Source of the DNA: a virus | Taxonomy: Duplodnaviria; Caudoviricetes | Reading direction: 5' to 3' (one strand) | Length of the DNA stretch: 64,000 bases | Virus record (IMG/VR): IMGVR_UViG_3300005264_000079 | Location: 15,372 to 79,371 of that record | Shown here: positions 29,219 through 38,697 of the stretch, in pieces | Layout: each line of letters starts with the position of its first letter | Numbering within the stretch: position 1 is the stretch's first letter | Notes under the pieces: model-generated | Databases searched by the model: none | Seen by the model: the letters and a program-made list of their open reading frames with translations, nothing else | Told to the model about the DNA's origin: nothing | Made by a program: the position numbers and the translations under genes

Positions 29219-29336
29219 TTTATCTCTCCTTGAAATACAAGGCTATAAACGCCTTGCTATGTTAAATGGTATACTTTATCAACTTTGCCTACAAAATGCG
29301 TTTTTGCTATGTTTTTGTAAGCAGAACAGCTTATTA

Positions 29337-30743
29337 TCAGTCATTATCGTCTATGGAATCCGTTTTACCTATCAACCAGTCCTTAAGCCATGTTTCTGTA
29401 GTGTCCTCCTCATCATTATACTTTGCATAAATCCCTACCCCTGCTAAGAAGTCATTAACATCCACTTCTACAATATCATTGTCTGCATTTTCCCATATAT
29501 CTGTCAACAAGTTTTCATCAAAATCAAATATAGAAGGATAGCAACCATACTGAATACAATCTTTATCAGGAGTTTCATTTGTTAATGCCTCAAAGTTTCT
29601 TCTGTAAGACTGGATAAAAAACTCCATCTCATACAATGTATTTAGTATAGCTTTTGATTGCTGTGATGTCAACACACTTTGTCTTGTAGGATCAATAAAT
29701 GTTTTCATATGTGGGTGACAATCTTTTTTGAGCCTACTGTACGTATCGGCTAATTCTTTTGTTGCTATTTTCATTTTCTCGAACACCCTTGGAAATTCTT
29801 TGTGGATGCTCTTAGATCTTGATGTAGGTGTAGTTCCTGTTTTAGATAGAAATTCTTCCTTTATATCTTCCCCATAAGAAGCACTTTCTTCTTTAGAACT
29901 ATTCAAACGCTCTATTGCCTTTTCATGCACTTTTTCTGAAAGTCCTCTTGAAGATATAGATGGATTTTCTTTTAGTATTTCTTCAACTACATTCTCCTGT
30001 GCTTTTTCAGAAGTAAAAGCAATTCTGGAAGCCTCATCATTCTGCACAGTTTTTTTGAATTCAGAGGCATGGGCAATCGTTGGCATCATTTCCCCTGCAT
30101 TCTTGCTTAGAGGAATAGTTCTCTTCACAATAATTTCTTCTTCTGTATCAGGGTCTTTCATTTTATCTGAAACAGTGATAGACCCCTCTTCGTACGGTAG
30201 AGCACGTGTAATAGTTTTTTCATTCCAGCTTTCACCAAGAAATCTACTAATGACTTTTTTACCTACTTTTCTTGGCTGGGACACGTGTCCCAGCCAATTT
30301 GCATTCATAGACTGGATGAATGCTTTTTCATCATTGAAAAGAGCTTTGCACCAATCTTCCAAATCGTCATAGACAGCATCTTTTGAATTAATCTCATCTT
30401 CAATAAACTTTTTTGCAACAGAAACTGTTTCAATAATCATTTTAGAATTATTACCATACCACTCTCTATTCTCAGCTCCCATAATCCTTATCATCTCAGC
30501 ATCTGTTAATGGTTTCACTGGGATATCCACTTCTTCCCATCCAAGATCCTTCAGTGCAAGATAACGATGATAACCATAAGCAAGAGAAAATGTATCATCC
30601 TCTTCTTTTCTACAAATAAGATTATCCCAAAAATCATTTTCTTCAATAGATTTACCCAATCTACTTACTTTGTCATAATCAATCGGGCAAATTTTCAAAT
30701 CCCTAAAAGGATTTGGTCTAAGATCTTTTACTTTTATTTTCAA
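29337..30743 (-). CDS. ParB/Sulfiredoxin N-terminal domain protein
   Basis: 'LRPNPFR', 'LGKSIEEND', 'YGYHRYLALKDLG', 'ENRE'; TTG start behind AGGAGAGG. Confidence 0.8.
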   Translation of the reverse strand: MKIKVKDLRPNPFRDLKICPIDYDKVSRLGKSIEENDFWDNLICRKEEDDTFSLAYGYHRYLALKDLGWEEVDIPVKPLTDAEMIRIMGAENREWYGNNSKMIIETVSVAKKFIEDEINSKDAVYDDLEDWCKALFNDEKAFIQSMNANWLGHVSQPRKVGKKVISRFLGESWNEKTITRALPYEEGSITVSDKMKDPDTEEEIIVKRTIPLSKNAGEMMPTIAHASEFKKTVQNDEASRIAFTSEKAQENVVEEILKENPSISSRGLSEKVHEKAIERLNSSKEESASYGEDIKEEFLSKTGTTPTSRSKSIHKEFPRVFEKMKIATKELADTYSRLKKDCHPHMKTFIDPTRQSVLTSQQSKAILNTLYEMEFFIQSYRRNFEALTNETPDKDCIQYGCYPSIFDFDENLLTDIWENADNDIVEVDVNDFLAGVGIYAKYNDEEDTTETWLKDWLIGKTDSIDDND

Positions 30744-30767
30744 TATCCCTCTCCTTAACCTAATAAT

Positions 30768-30796
30768 ATACTAACACAACTTTCACTTACTGTCAA
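30768..30796 (-). promoter_or_regulatory. sigma70-type promoter of the ParB gene
   Basis: TTGACA-17-TAGTAT. Confidence 0.6.
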
Positions 30797-30799
30797 CAA

Positions 30800-31927
30800 C
30801 TATTTTTGCATATTTACAATGTTTTCCTTCTGCCTTGCTGTAGGCCATAAGAAGATGTTGTATTTATCAGCAAATTCTTTAGAAAACCCTTCCATCAACT
30901 TATTCCCTTGTCTAAAAGAAATGAATCCGGGCTTTGCTCTTCCCTTACCACATGTATTACCAACATAGGAGAGCATATCAGCCATGAACGTGTTGAAGCT
31001 CATTACATGCTCTCTGTATTGCTTCTTCCATGAATAAAGCATATCCATCTCTTCTCTCCACTTCACCCATCGCTTATGCGTCCGTATGAGATTTTTTTGT
31101 ATATCAAGTTTTTCCACTTCTGTAGCCTTTCCTGATTCAGAAAGCACGGAATATGCCTTGAGAAGGATAGGTTTGGAAATACCAGTATCTTTAAGCTCAT
31201 CAATTGTCCTAACTATTTCCTTAACACCATGATTAACAATGTTAAAAAATTCACTACTATGTTTGCTATAGTGCAGGAAGAATGTGGAGAGTGATTTTGG
31301 GAGAAACTTCTTCTCCTCCTGTATGGGAAGATACCCCTCTGTAAATTTCAAAGAAAACTTGTCTACCACTCGTAGTATCTGATCGAGGGTAAGCTGTGGT
31401 GTAGGATTGGCTGTATACCATTCAACAGCCCCCTCTGAGACGTCTTTAACATAGTGGATGATAGAATGTACCGTTTTAGTTTGTCCGTGGCCATATGGCT
31501 TTATATTGTGCTTGGACACCTCAGCAATAGAGTTCCAAGCATCAATCACTTGTAGAGCTTTAAAGTAATCCTCTTTAGTATAGTCCAGAACGTATGATGC
31601 TGTGGTACACAATTCTCTCCCAAGAGCTGAAACATGATATACAGCAACTACCTTTGTATCTACCTTTGTATCTACCTTTTCGAGATAATCATACCCCACT
31701 AAAATGTTAAGTGCGTAACGGGCCTTCCGACGGGACGGAAACTCTGTTGGGAAATTATCAGTTAAAAATGATATTGTAGAAATTTTCTTATTCAGTTTAT
31801 CTAATTTATAAATTTGATCTATTATAAAAAATTCAGTTAGACTAATACTATATTGATTCAGTGTAGACTTAGTAACACTAATATTTATTAATTCAGATGA
31901 ATTATATCTATCTGTAGAATTAAGCAT
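30800..31927 (-). CDS. Hypothetical protein, possible N-terminal winged helix (replication initiator-like)
   Basis: 375 aa; 'SRRKARYALNILVGYDYLEK...YHVSALG' resembles wHTH; contains a 12-bp x2.6 repeat at 31648-31679. Confidence 0.5.
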   Translation of the reverse strand: MLNSTDRYNSSELINISVTKSTLNQYSISLTEFFIIDQIYKLDKLNKKISTISFLTDNFPTEFPSRRKARYALNILVGYDYLEKVDTKVDTKVVAVYHVSALGRELCTTASYVLDYTKEDYFKALQVIDAWNSIAEVSKHNIKPYGHGQTKTVHSIIHYVKDVSEGAVEWYTANPTPQLTLDQILRVVDKFSLKFTEGYLPIQEEKKFLPKSLSTFFLHYSKHSSEFFNIVNHGVKEIVRTIDELKDTGISKPILLKAYSVLSESGKATEVEKLDIQKNLIRTHKRWVKWREEMDMLYSWKKQYREHVMSFNTFMADMLSYVGNTCGKGRAKPGFISFRQGNKLMEGFSKEFADKYNIFLWPTARQKENIVNMQK

Positions 31928-31984
31928 GGAATCTCCTTTTACAGGTGGATTTTGGGAAGAATGACCAAATCCACTTATTATTAG

Positions 31985-32047
31985 ATTTATTAATATTATA
32001 TTTATATAATATTAATATAATATAATAATATTTATATTATTATATAT
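31985..32047. other. 63-bp A/T-only tract with internal inverted repeats
   Basis: No G or C from 31985 to 32047; tattaatattata/tataatattaata arms. Confidence 0.9.
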
Positions 32048-32460
32048 CATGTACCCTGTGGGGTATTAGGGTGTGACAAATTTGTCACGCAGTAAAATAG
32101 GGTTATTTCTTCCGTTTTCTTAGTAATACAGAAGTAAATCCTCTTCTGACCATTCTCATATTCCTCCTGTCTATCTATTAAATCTAATCGTTCAAGCTTA
32201 CTCAAATCTTTCTGTAACATCTTCATGGAGTAGTGTAAACCATTGAATTTACTGAGCAGTGTCCCATAGTTTATCCATACAAACTTCTTCACCCCCACAC
32301 TGATCCAATTAAGTGTTTTACTGTTATATAGCCTTATTATTTCTAATAACAGATCTGCCTCTCTCACTTCAAGCATTGTGGGTAGTGATAGAAGTTTCTC
32401 CACTATCAACCCTTTGTATGTAGGGATGTATTCTGTAGCATATTCATGTACCTCCTGCAT
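32047..32460 (-). CDS. Winged-helix DNA-binding protein
   Basis: 'WINYGTLL...MLQKDLSKLERLDLIDR...IYFCIT'. Confidence 0.6.
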   Translation of the reverse strand: MQEVHEYATEYIPTYKGLIVEKLLSLPTMLEVREADLLLEIIRLYNSKTLNWISVGVKKFVWINYGTLLSKFNGLHYSMKMLQKDLSKLERLDLIDRQEEYENGQKRIYFCITKKTEEITLFYCVTNLSHPNTPQGT

Positions 32461-32508
32461 TCTGCCTTTCCTTTATACACTATTATTGTATATTTATACA
32501 TACTTAGA

Positions 32509-32537
32509 AGTATACTCTTTATCCTCATTTTTGTCAA
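32509..32537 (-). promoter_or_regulatory. Leftward sigma70 promoter
   Basis: TTGACA-17-TATACT. Confidence 0.8.
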
Positions 32538-32675
32538 TACAAAATAAAATAATAATAATAATAGGGGTGCTATAAGATTAGGGTGGTATATACAAAAGAG
32601 GGTGGGTAGAATTTAACACCCCCTCTATATAATTCGTAATTCCTATTATATACTTTTCTCTGTATATTAAGGGGC

Positions 32676-32704
32676 TTGACAGATATTTATATCCATGGTA
32701 TACT
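32676..32704 (+). promoter_or_regulatory. Rightward sigma70 promoter
   Basis: TTGACA-17-TATACT with TG upstream of -10. Confidence 0.85.
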
Positions 32705-32777
32705 TATATCATAATTAGTTCAAGAAGAACGATAACATATATTTAAAAATAAGTCAATGTAAAAAGGAGAATAATTT

Positions 32778-33185
32778 ATGGGAAACAATATAGAAATATT
32801 TGAGCAAGATGATAGTATAGGGTTTACAATGTATGACCTTGCAAAGCACTACAAAGTGTCAGTGGAAGAAATTCAAACTATTTCCAAGGAATATGGAATA
32901 GGGCTAACCACTGAGGATGGTATTGTTTGGTTTACAAAAGGAAAAAAAGATGAAGATTGCGACGTAAGTATGTTTCGCTTTTATTACAGACATAGAGATA
33001 TTGAAAATAAAGTGGTTGACTTTCTTAAGAAGAATCAACCAACTACACTATATAAGATGGCTTCTAATTTGAGTCTAAGTAGAGAGAAGGTGAGTAAGGT
33101 GTTGGATGAGCTGACATTCAAAGATGGAAATGTCTATGAGAAAAAGATTGGTGGGAATTGGTTTTTGTGTTACAGGAGGGAGTAA
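32778..33185 (+). CDS. Putative double-HTH DNA-binding protein
   Basis: 'TMYDLAKHYKVSVEEI' and wHTH-like 'TTLYKMASNLSLSREKVSKVLDEL'; AAGGAG RBS. Confidence 0.6.
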   Translation: MGNNIEIFEQDDSIGFTMYDLAKHYKVSVEEIQTISKEYGIGLTTEDGIVWFTKGKKDEDCDVSMFRFYYRHRDIENKVVDFLKKNQPTTLYKMASNLSLSREKVSKVLDELTFKDGNVYEKKIGGNWFLCYRRE

Positions 33186-33189
33186 AAAT

Positions 33190-33366
33190 GGTTCAAATGT
33201 ACGTGGCTGTGGCGTCAAACTATTTCCGGTTCAAATGTATGCAAATAAATGTCAAACTATTTCGGCCAAATTTAAAATTTGGCCTCAGATCGCCCTATTG
33301 TCTCATTAACAGATTATCAGACAATAGTTATTATCAGATTGTCAGACAATAGCGAATGTCACATTC
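33190..33366. repeat. Cluster of direct and inverted repeats
   Basis: ggttcaaatgta x2 (33190, 33228), gtcaaactatttc x2 (33214, 33251), palindrome ggccaaatttaaaatttggcc (33264-33284), ctattgtct/agacaatag, attatcaga x2, gaatgtcacattc. Confidence 0.85.
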
Positions 33367-33527
33367 AAGAAATTATAGGCACTTATTGGATAAACCTGGT
33401 AGAATACTGCTACTAGATTTATTTATTGTTTAGTAATTTTGATATTCTGTTACATTTGTTAATGTCAGCTTGGATATATCTTTATGCCTAAACTTTAAAT
33501 AATCTTATCACGGTTTATATTTTAATC

Positions 33528-33575
33528 AAAAAAAATGCCTTTATAGTTAAATTCTATAAAGGCATTTTTTTTTTT
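33528..33575. terminator. Bidirectional intrinsic terminator
   Basis: A8-tgcctttatag-loop-ctataaaggca-T11 between convergent genes. Confidence 0.9.
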
Positions 33576-33584
33576 ATTTATAGC

Positions 33585-33836
33585 TTATATATAAGTCAGT
33601 GAAATATGTGGATTTTGCAATACAGTCATAATATTAATACTTGCTTGCTCTTTCCAAGATTCATCCGCCCAATCGAAAGACTGAATTTCTGATAATAATC
33701 GTTCAATTTGTTCCACTTTTGTTTTAATGTCCATTACCTCCCAGGTTAAATCCGTCGATGATTGCCATGGAAAGTAATACTCATCATTACAATCGCAATT
33801 TTTTTCATTATTCCAATATGTTAAATTCATACTCAT
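33585..33836 (-). CDS. Acidic hypothetical protein (early island)
   Basis: ORF track; GAGGT RBS. Confidence 0.65.
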   Translation of the reverse strand: MSMNLTYWNNEKNCDCNDEYYFPWQSSTDLTWEVMDIKTKVEQIERLLSEIQSFDWADESWKEQASINIMTVLQNPHISLTYI

Positions 33837-33857
33837 TTATTTACCTCTTTATCTCTT

Positions 33858-34001
33858 TTATTTCTTCAAATTTTTAATTTGAATTTGTAAGCTTTTATTT
33901 TTTTCAATTTCTTGGATATGTTTATCCATTAAATTATAATTGCCTATTATCATACCTAAAAAATAAGCAATGAAACACAGTAAAAAAATGAATGCTATCA
34001 A
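33858..34001 (-). CDS. 47-aa membrane peptide with coiled-coil-like tail (not in ORF track)
   Basis: AAGGAGGT then TTG; MIAFIFLLCFIAYFLGMIIGNYNL...NLKK. Confidence 0.6.
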   Translation of the reverse strand: MIAFIFLLCFIAYFLGMIIGNYNLMDKHIQEIEKNKSLQIQIKNLKK

Positions 34002-34193
34002 ATTTTACCTCCTTTTTTTATGCTCCGTTCAACGTCAAATTTTCTTATTATATTTTTTAAAATGTATTTTTTTGACTTTCCTGGTGTTTTAATTTTTTCA
34101 AATGAGGGCAAATTTTCAGCCTGAAAAATAGTGATTTTTGACATAATAAATTCCTTGTAAATTTTATTTAATCAAATTTAATTGATTAACAAA

Positions 34194-34223
34194 ATTCAAG
34201 AATTCAAAATTGAATTCTTGAAT
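34194..34223. terminator. 13-bp perfect hairpin downstream of 34243-34869
   Basis: attcaagaattca-aaat-tgaattcttgaat. Confidence 0.7.
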
Positions 34224-34242
34224 AAAATTAATAAATTAATTT

Positions 34243-34869
34243 TTAATTATTCCCAAGAATTTTCATTCCTTCTAAAATTTCCACATCATTACAAATTTCT
34301 GATATGACACTATCTAAAAAGATAGCTTGTCCTGAGCAAGTGCGACCCCAGTAATAGCCACTACCATAGTCCAGAACTGGTTCATTTTTTTCTTTCAATT
34401 TTTCAAAAAATTCCCGTGAAACATTCCACCACTCTAAAATTTCAGCGGGTTCATTTTCTTGTTCTTCAAATTCTTGTTTTTCCCTTTCCATTTCGATTGA
34501 CAAATTTTCGAGATTATCAATTCTATTAAAAATTATTTTATTACGGTAGTCGGTTAGCAAATTATTTTCATAAAATTCTTTATAGTCAAAAATTATTGCG
34601 TCAAGTTTAGAAATTTCATCCTCTAAAATTTCTAAGCTCTTTTTTCGGTCTGCCTCATTTCCGGTATAGTCAGAAATGAATTTACCGGAAAAATCAGGAT
34701 ACCGGAAAAAATTAGAGATATCGTCGTATTGTGGTAAATCGGAATCACCGACCTGGTAGGATAAAGATAGTAATTTTGCTATCTCAAAAGTAGCACAACA
34801 ATTAATCTCTCTTTGTATGAATTTTCTTTTGATTTCTTGATTTACAGTGGAATTGTGATTTTTTGCCAT
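34243..34869 (-). CDS. Acidic conserved phage early protein
   Basis: C-terminal 'EILEWWNVS...LKEKNEPVL...YWGRTCSGQAIFLD'; own promoter. Confidence 0.7.
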   Translation of the reverse strand: MAKNHNSTVNQEIKRKFIQREINCCATFEIAKLLSLSYQVGDSDLPQYDDISNFFRYPDFSGKFISDYTGNEADRKKSLEILEDEISKLDAIIFDYKEFYENNLLTDYRNKIIFNRIDNLENLSIEMEREKQEFEEQENEPAEILEWWNVSREFFEKLKEKNEPVLDYGSGYYWGRTCSGQAIFLDSVISEICNDVEILEGMKILGNN

Positions 34870-34901
34870 TTTTTTTGGCTCCTTCGACTTGATATACTTT
34901 G

Positions 34902-34930
34902 ATAGTATATTAGCAATATAATCGTGTCAA
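34902..34930 (-). promoter_or_regulatory. Leftward early promoter
   Basis: TTGACA-17-TACTAT. Confidence 0.75.
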
Positions 34931-34946
34931 GATAAAAAAAAAGAAA

Positions 34947-35067
<121 letters not shown>

Positions 35068-35097
35068 AATAAGTATCTTAATAAATAAGGAATTTAT

Positions 35098-35781
35098 ATG
35101 CGCACTGAAGAAATTAAAATTTACAGATTTGAAGAGCTTAAAAAAGAGAGTCAGAAGAGAGCAATAGAGAGGTATAAGGATGCCGATATTTTTCTAGATT
35201 TTTTTGTTGGTGATTGGGAGCATCAAATTTCTGAAATTGGTTTTATTGACCCTAAAATTCGCTATAGTTTGGGCTATTGTCAAGGTGATGGGGCTAGCTT
35301 CACTTTTGATACAACTCAAATAAATAATTTTAATTTTTCAAATTCTTACTTTTCAAAAATTAGAAAAGTAATAAATAAATTTTATATTGATATAAATAAT
35401 CTTGATTTTTTAGATAGGGAACAAAAAAAAGAAATTTACGCCGATTTATTAGCTACGGAAATTCCTTGCAACGTTGGTTTTCATCGCTATAGTCATCATA
35501 AAACCGTATCATGTAATGCAGTCGAATTTCATGACTATAATTTTTACACTGATGAGGAAGAACTTACACAATTTTATTTTCAGCATAAAATTTTAATGGA
35601 TTTTATAGACAATTTTCAAAATGATATCGAAAGAGAATTTACTTTTTTAATTCAAAAAATCGGTAAAGAAATTGAAATTTCAGGGTATGCTGAAATTGAA
35701 TATCAAAATTCTGATGGATATATCCAAGAAATGATTATACGTAATGATTACGAATTTTTAGAAAGTGGGGAAATTTATTAA
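35098..35781 (+). CDS. Acidic conserved phage/plasmid early protein
   Basis: 'IKIYRFEELKKESQKRAIE', 'YSLGYCQGDGASF', 'EMIIRNDYEFLESG' recall a family common in leading/early regions; function unverified. Confidence 0.7.
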   Translation: MRTEEIKIYRFEELKKESQKRAIERYKDADIFLDFFVGDWEHQISEIGFIDPKIRYSLGYCQGDGASFTFDTTQINNFNFSNSYFSKIRKVINKFYIDINNLDFLDREQKKEIYADLLATEIPCNVGFHRYSHHKTVSCNAVEFHDYNFYTDEEELTQFYFQHKILMDFIDNFQNDIEREFTFLIQKIGKEIEISGYAEIEYQNSDGYIQEMIIRNDYEFLESGEIY

Positions 35782-35788
35782 AAAATTA

Positions 35789-35817
35789 TTGACATTATTA
35801 TTTTATTATTGTATATT
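35789..35817 (+). promoter_or_regulatory. Early promoter
   Basis: TTGACA-17-TATATT. Confidence 0.75.
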
Positions 35818-35837
35818 TTTTGTGGGAGATAAAAAAA

Positions 35838-35959
35838 TGAATATTACAATTTTTTACAATATTTTAATTATTTTAGGGTTTATTAATATCCCTTTAATCA
35901 TGATACTAATATATAAAATTGAAAATTATTTTAATGGGAGAATAAAAAATGGAAAATAA
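35838..35959 (+). CDS. About 40-aa membrane peptide
   Basis: GGGAG RBS; MNITIFYNILIILGFINIPLIMILIY... Confidence 0.55.
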
Positions 35960-36608
35960 ATTTGACTATAAAAAAATCATAGAAAACTTAAAAAAGAATT
36001 TTACTGCTGAGGAAATGAGGGAAATTTCAGCAGAAATTTTAAATTCTGATATTGAATACAGAAAATCAGAAGAATACTGCGAAAATTATATATATGATAT
36101 TGATAATTCAGAGTTGCAAGTACGAAAAGAAACTTTTGAAAGTCAAAAAAACACCGATAGAAAAAAAGAGATAGTAGAAAAATTATTAGATAATTTTTCT
36201 ACTGACATTATCGATAGTATGGAATTTAATTATTATGATGTGGGAACACCTTTTTACCGTGTAACAGAAGATATTTATTTTCAAATTGCAAATTTGAGTG
36301 AAATGGAAATTCCCATTCCTGAAGATTTACAGGAAATTTTTAAAAAGTCGCTATTATCCGAAGAAATAAAAGAGGATTTAGAATTTGAAACGAATTTGAC
36401 TATAAACAATGACTATAAGTACGGGTATTACGATGTCTCATATGATTCTATTGTATACGGAATTTCATACAATGACTTTTTAAAAGAAATTTCAGAAAAT
36501 TATATATCAGAAGAAGAACACCAGGAAAAAAAAATTCTGATTCAGGAATTTATAGGATTAGTGGGAGAAGATAAATTTAATTCTGAAATACTGGAAAAAT
36601 TTACTTGA
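35949..36608 (+). CDS. Highly acidic hypothetical protein
   Basis: Hand count about 53 D/E vs about 25 K/R in 219 aa. Confidence 0.75.
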   Translation: MENKFDYKKIIENLKKNFTAEEMREISAEILNSDIEYRKSEEYCENYIYDIDNSELQVRKETFESQKNTDRKKEIVEKLLDNFSTDIIDSMEFNYYDVGTPFYRVTEDIYFQIANLSEMEIPIPEDLQEIFKKSLLSEEIKEDLEFETNLTINNDYKYGYYDVSYDSIVYGISYNDFLKEISENYISEEEHQEKKILIQEFIGLVGEDKFNSEILEKFT

Positions 36609-36632
36609 CTATAATATAAATTCCGGTATAAT
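36605..36632 (+). promoter_or_regulatory. Early promoter
   Basis: TTGACT-16-TATAAT. Confidence 0.7.
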
Positions 36633-36662
36633 TATATTATCTTAATTGTAAAGGAATTTTAT

Positions 36663-36899
36663 ATGAATGTTTTAAACAGAATAGAACTTTTTAGTAATGA
36701 GATTGAAGAATTAGCAGGATACTTTCAGGATGTAACCATTCTAAAAATGATTGCTAATAATCTTTGTGATGACTACGCTATTTTGAACACTGCTAATGGT
36801 GTAATTTTGGAAAGAGACACAGGAGCGGAGAAAGCTTTTTTTAATATACTTGTTCCTTTTGACAAATTAATAAGTATACTAAACGAAATTAGTCTATAA
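36663..36899 (+). CDS. Acidic hypothetical protein
   Basis: ORF track; AAGGA RBS. Confidence 0.65.
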   Translation: MNVLNRIELFSNEIEELAGYFQDVTILKMIANNLCDDYAILNTANGVILERDTGAEKAFFNILVPFDKLISILNEISL

Positions 36900-36905
36900 G
36901 GATTA

Positions 36906-36937
36906 TTATTCCCTTGATAATAATATCAAGGGAATAA
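36906..36937. repeat. 14-bp perfect inverted repeat
   Basis: ttattcccttgata-ataa-tatcaagggaataa. Confidence 0.85.
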
Positions 36938-36952
36938 AAGGAAAGGAAAAAA

Positions 36953-37243
36953 ATGAAAAAAGAAAATTCAGCTTACGAAATTTATGTCACATATTGTTAT
37001 AGTAGTAATACTTTCAATATTCCTGAAAATGGAATTTTAAAAAATCCTGAAAATGACAATAAAATTTGTTTTGAAAATAAAGAAATTCCGTTAAAAATAA
37101 TCGATGAATTAAATTCTTATGTTTATTATTTAAATCATGGAGAACAAGGACGGCCTGAATATAAAGTCAGGAAAGTTAGAAAAAATTCTAACATGGATTT
37201 ATACGAGTTCTTTTCGTATGATGATTTTTTTTATTATTATTGA
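36953..37243 (+). CDS. Hypothetical protein
   Basis: ORF track. Confidence 0.6.
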   Translation: MKKENSAYEIYVTYCYSSNTFNIPENGILKNPENDNKICFENKEIPLKIIDELNSYVYYLNHGEQGRPEYKVRKVRKNSNMDLYEFFSYDDFFYYY

Positions 37244-37268
37244 CTTAATAATCAATATACTCTATAAT
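37240..37268 (+). promoter_or_regulatory. Early promoter
   Basis: TTGACT-17-TATAAT. Confidence 0.8.
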
Positions 37269-37298
37269 AATTATATAGTATATTGATAAGGGGAATTT

Positions 37299-37526
37299 AT
37301 GAAAATTAAATCAGATGAATCCAGGTTGAAAATAGCGGTTTTAATATTAAATCAAGAAAATACCAGCAGTGAACAGCGAATTCACGCTTATAGGATTATT
37401 GACAGTATTACCTGTACAAATAATAGAAATTACGAAAAAAATATAAATTTTTTGTATGGTATTGATAAGCAAATAGCACAGAATACAATTATTAATAGGT
37501 CTGTTGCTATTGATACAATTTTTTGA
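37299..37526 (+). CDS. Hypothetical protein
   Basis: ORF track; AAGGGG RBS. Confidence 0.6.
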   Translation: MKIKSDESRLKIAVLILNQENTSSEQRIHAYRIIDSITCTNNRNYEKNINFLYGIDKQIAQNTIINRSVAIDTIF

Positions 37527-37603
37527 TTATTGACAGAATAAAGGATATTGTTATTAATATCTTTTATTATCTTAATAATTTTTTTTAGTAGGAGAACTAT
37601 AAA

Positions 37604-37936
37604 ATGATATTTTATGATAAAGATACGGCAATAGAATTTAGAGCAAAAGCAATGGAGGAAATGAATTCTTTTATTTTTGATATAATGAAAAGTGTTAGAA
37701 AATATCCGAACGCCAGTGATGACAGTGTTAAAAGTCATATTGAGCAAAAAATTCAGCATGAATTACCAAAAAATTTGAGTATTTTATTACACCGTTCAGG
37801 ACTTGTATTCCCAGCTGATGGAAGCGGAATTTACCCCGTAAATTTATATTATGATGATATGGATAGGAATGATAATGTCATCATAAAATTTGATGGTTTA
37901 AACGGTGGTATTAAAAATGGAGAAATTCACACTTAA
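37604..37936 (+). CDS. Hypothetical protein
   Basis: ORF track; AGGAG RBS. Confidence 0.65.
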   Translation: MIFYDKDTAIEFRAKAMEEMNSFIFDIMKSVRKYPNASDDSVKSHIEQKIQHELPKNLSILLHRSGLVFPADGSGIYPVNLYYDDMDRNDNVIIKFDGLNGGIKNGEIHT

Positions 37937-38083
37937 TTTTTAAAAGGAGGAATATAAAAATGATTTGTATCAATATCAAAAATAAAGGAATAGTGGAAAC
38001 TGTCAACGAATTCAAAACACGAAACAATGCTAATTGTTTTAGATGAGGCAGTGTTTTAATCAAATAGATTTTAGAGGTTGGGA

Positions 38084-38697
38084 GGATAACACAATAATCT
38101 GTATTATCTCTTTTTTTTAAATTTATATTGCATTCTTTTAAAATAATGTTTATACTGTTTATAACGTTAAATAAAGGAAGTATAAAAATGTATGTAGTAA
38201 GAAACACTATTTGTTCCTGTGGAAATGATACATATAATAAAAGTAGTAATGAATGGACTTGCTGCAACTGCGGAAAGAAAACACCAAGAACTTTTCGTAA
38301 CAAGAAAGCAAGAGATATAGAAGCCTGTTCAGACTATGAAATATTTATAAGGTATTGTACTCCTTCACAATTAAAGCACGTAGAGGACATTAATAGCAGA
38401 AATTATCTAACCTTTGTGCAAGGAACTGTATTATGTGGATCTGCTTTTGTTATGTTTAAAGATGATTTAGGGTTTTTGCAGTCTTTTGAGATATCAATCA
38501 GAGGGAAAAAACGTAGTTTATGATTAATGTTATTTTAATGCTAAGTTTAAGATTAAACATAAGAAATAAGGAAGTAAATATGAAAATTTACAACTAGAAA
38601 TTAGTATCGCTCGAAAGGAATTGCAATTGTATAAGTAACAATAGTAATAACAAAATAATATGAGAATAAGGATAATACAATAATCTGTATTATCCTT
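38084..38697. repeat. Two copies of a 25-bp hairpin element (38084-38108, 38670-38694)
   Basis: ggataa(c/t)acaataatctgtattatc, 24/25 identical; the second copy is a perfect stem. Confidence 0.85.
38188..38523 (+). CDS. Zinc-ribbon hypothetical protein
   Basis: 'CSCG...WTCCNCG'; likely start ATG 38188 behind AAGGA. Confidence 0.6.
   Translation: MYVVRNTICSCGNDTYNKSSNEWTCCNCGKKTPRTFRNKKARDIEACSDYEIFIRYCTPSQLKHVEDINSRNYLTFVQGTVLCGSAFVMFKDDLGFLQSFEISIRGKKRSL

Noticed and set aside
31985-32047. Protelomerase telRL site
   Set aside because: Inverted arms are short and A/T-only, and the recombinase is a 305-aa Xer type, not TelN-like.
33190-33263. Mini-CRISPR array
   Set aside because: Only two degenerate units with 10-11 nt variable centres; no spacer-length sequences and no cas genes.
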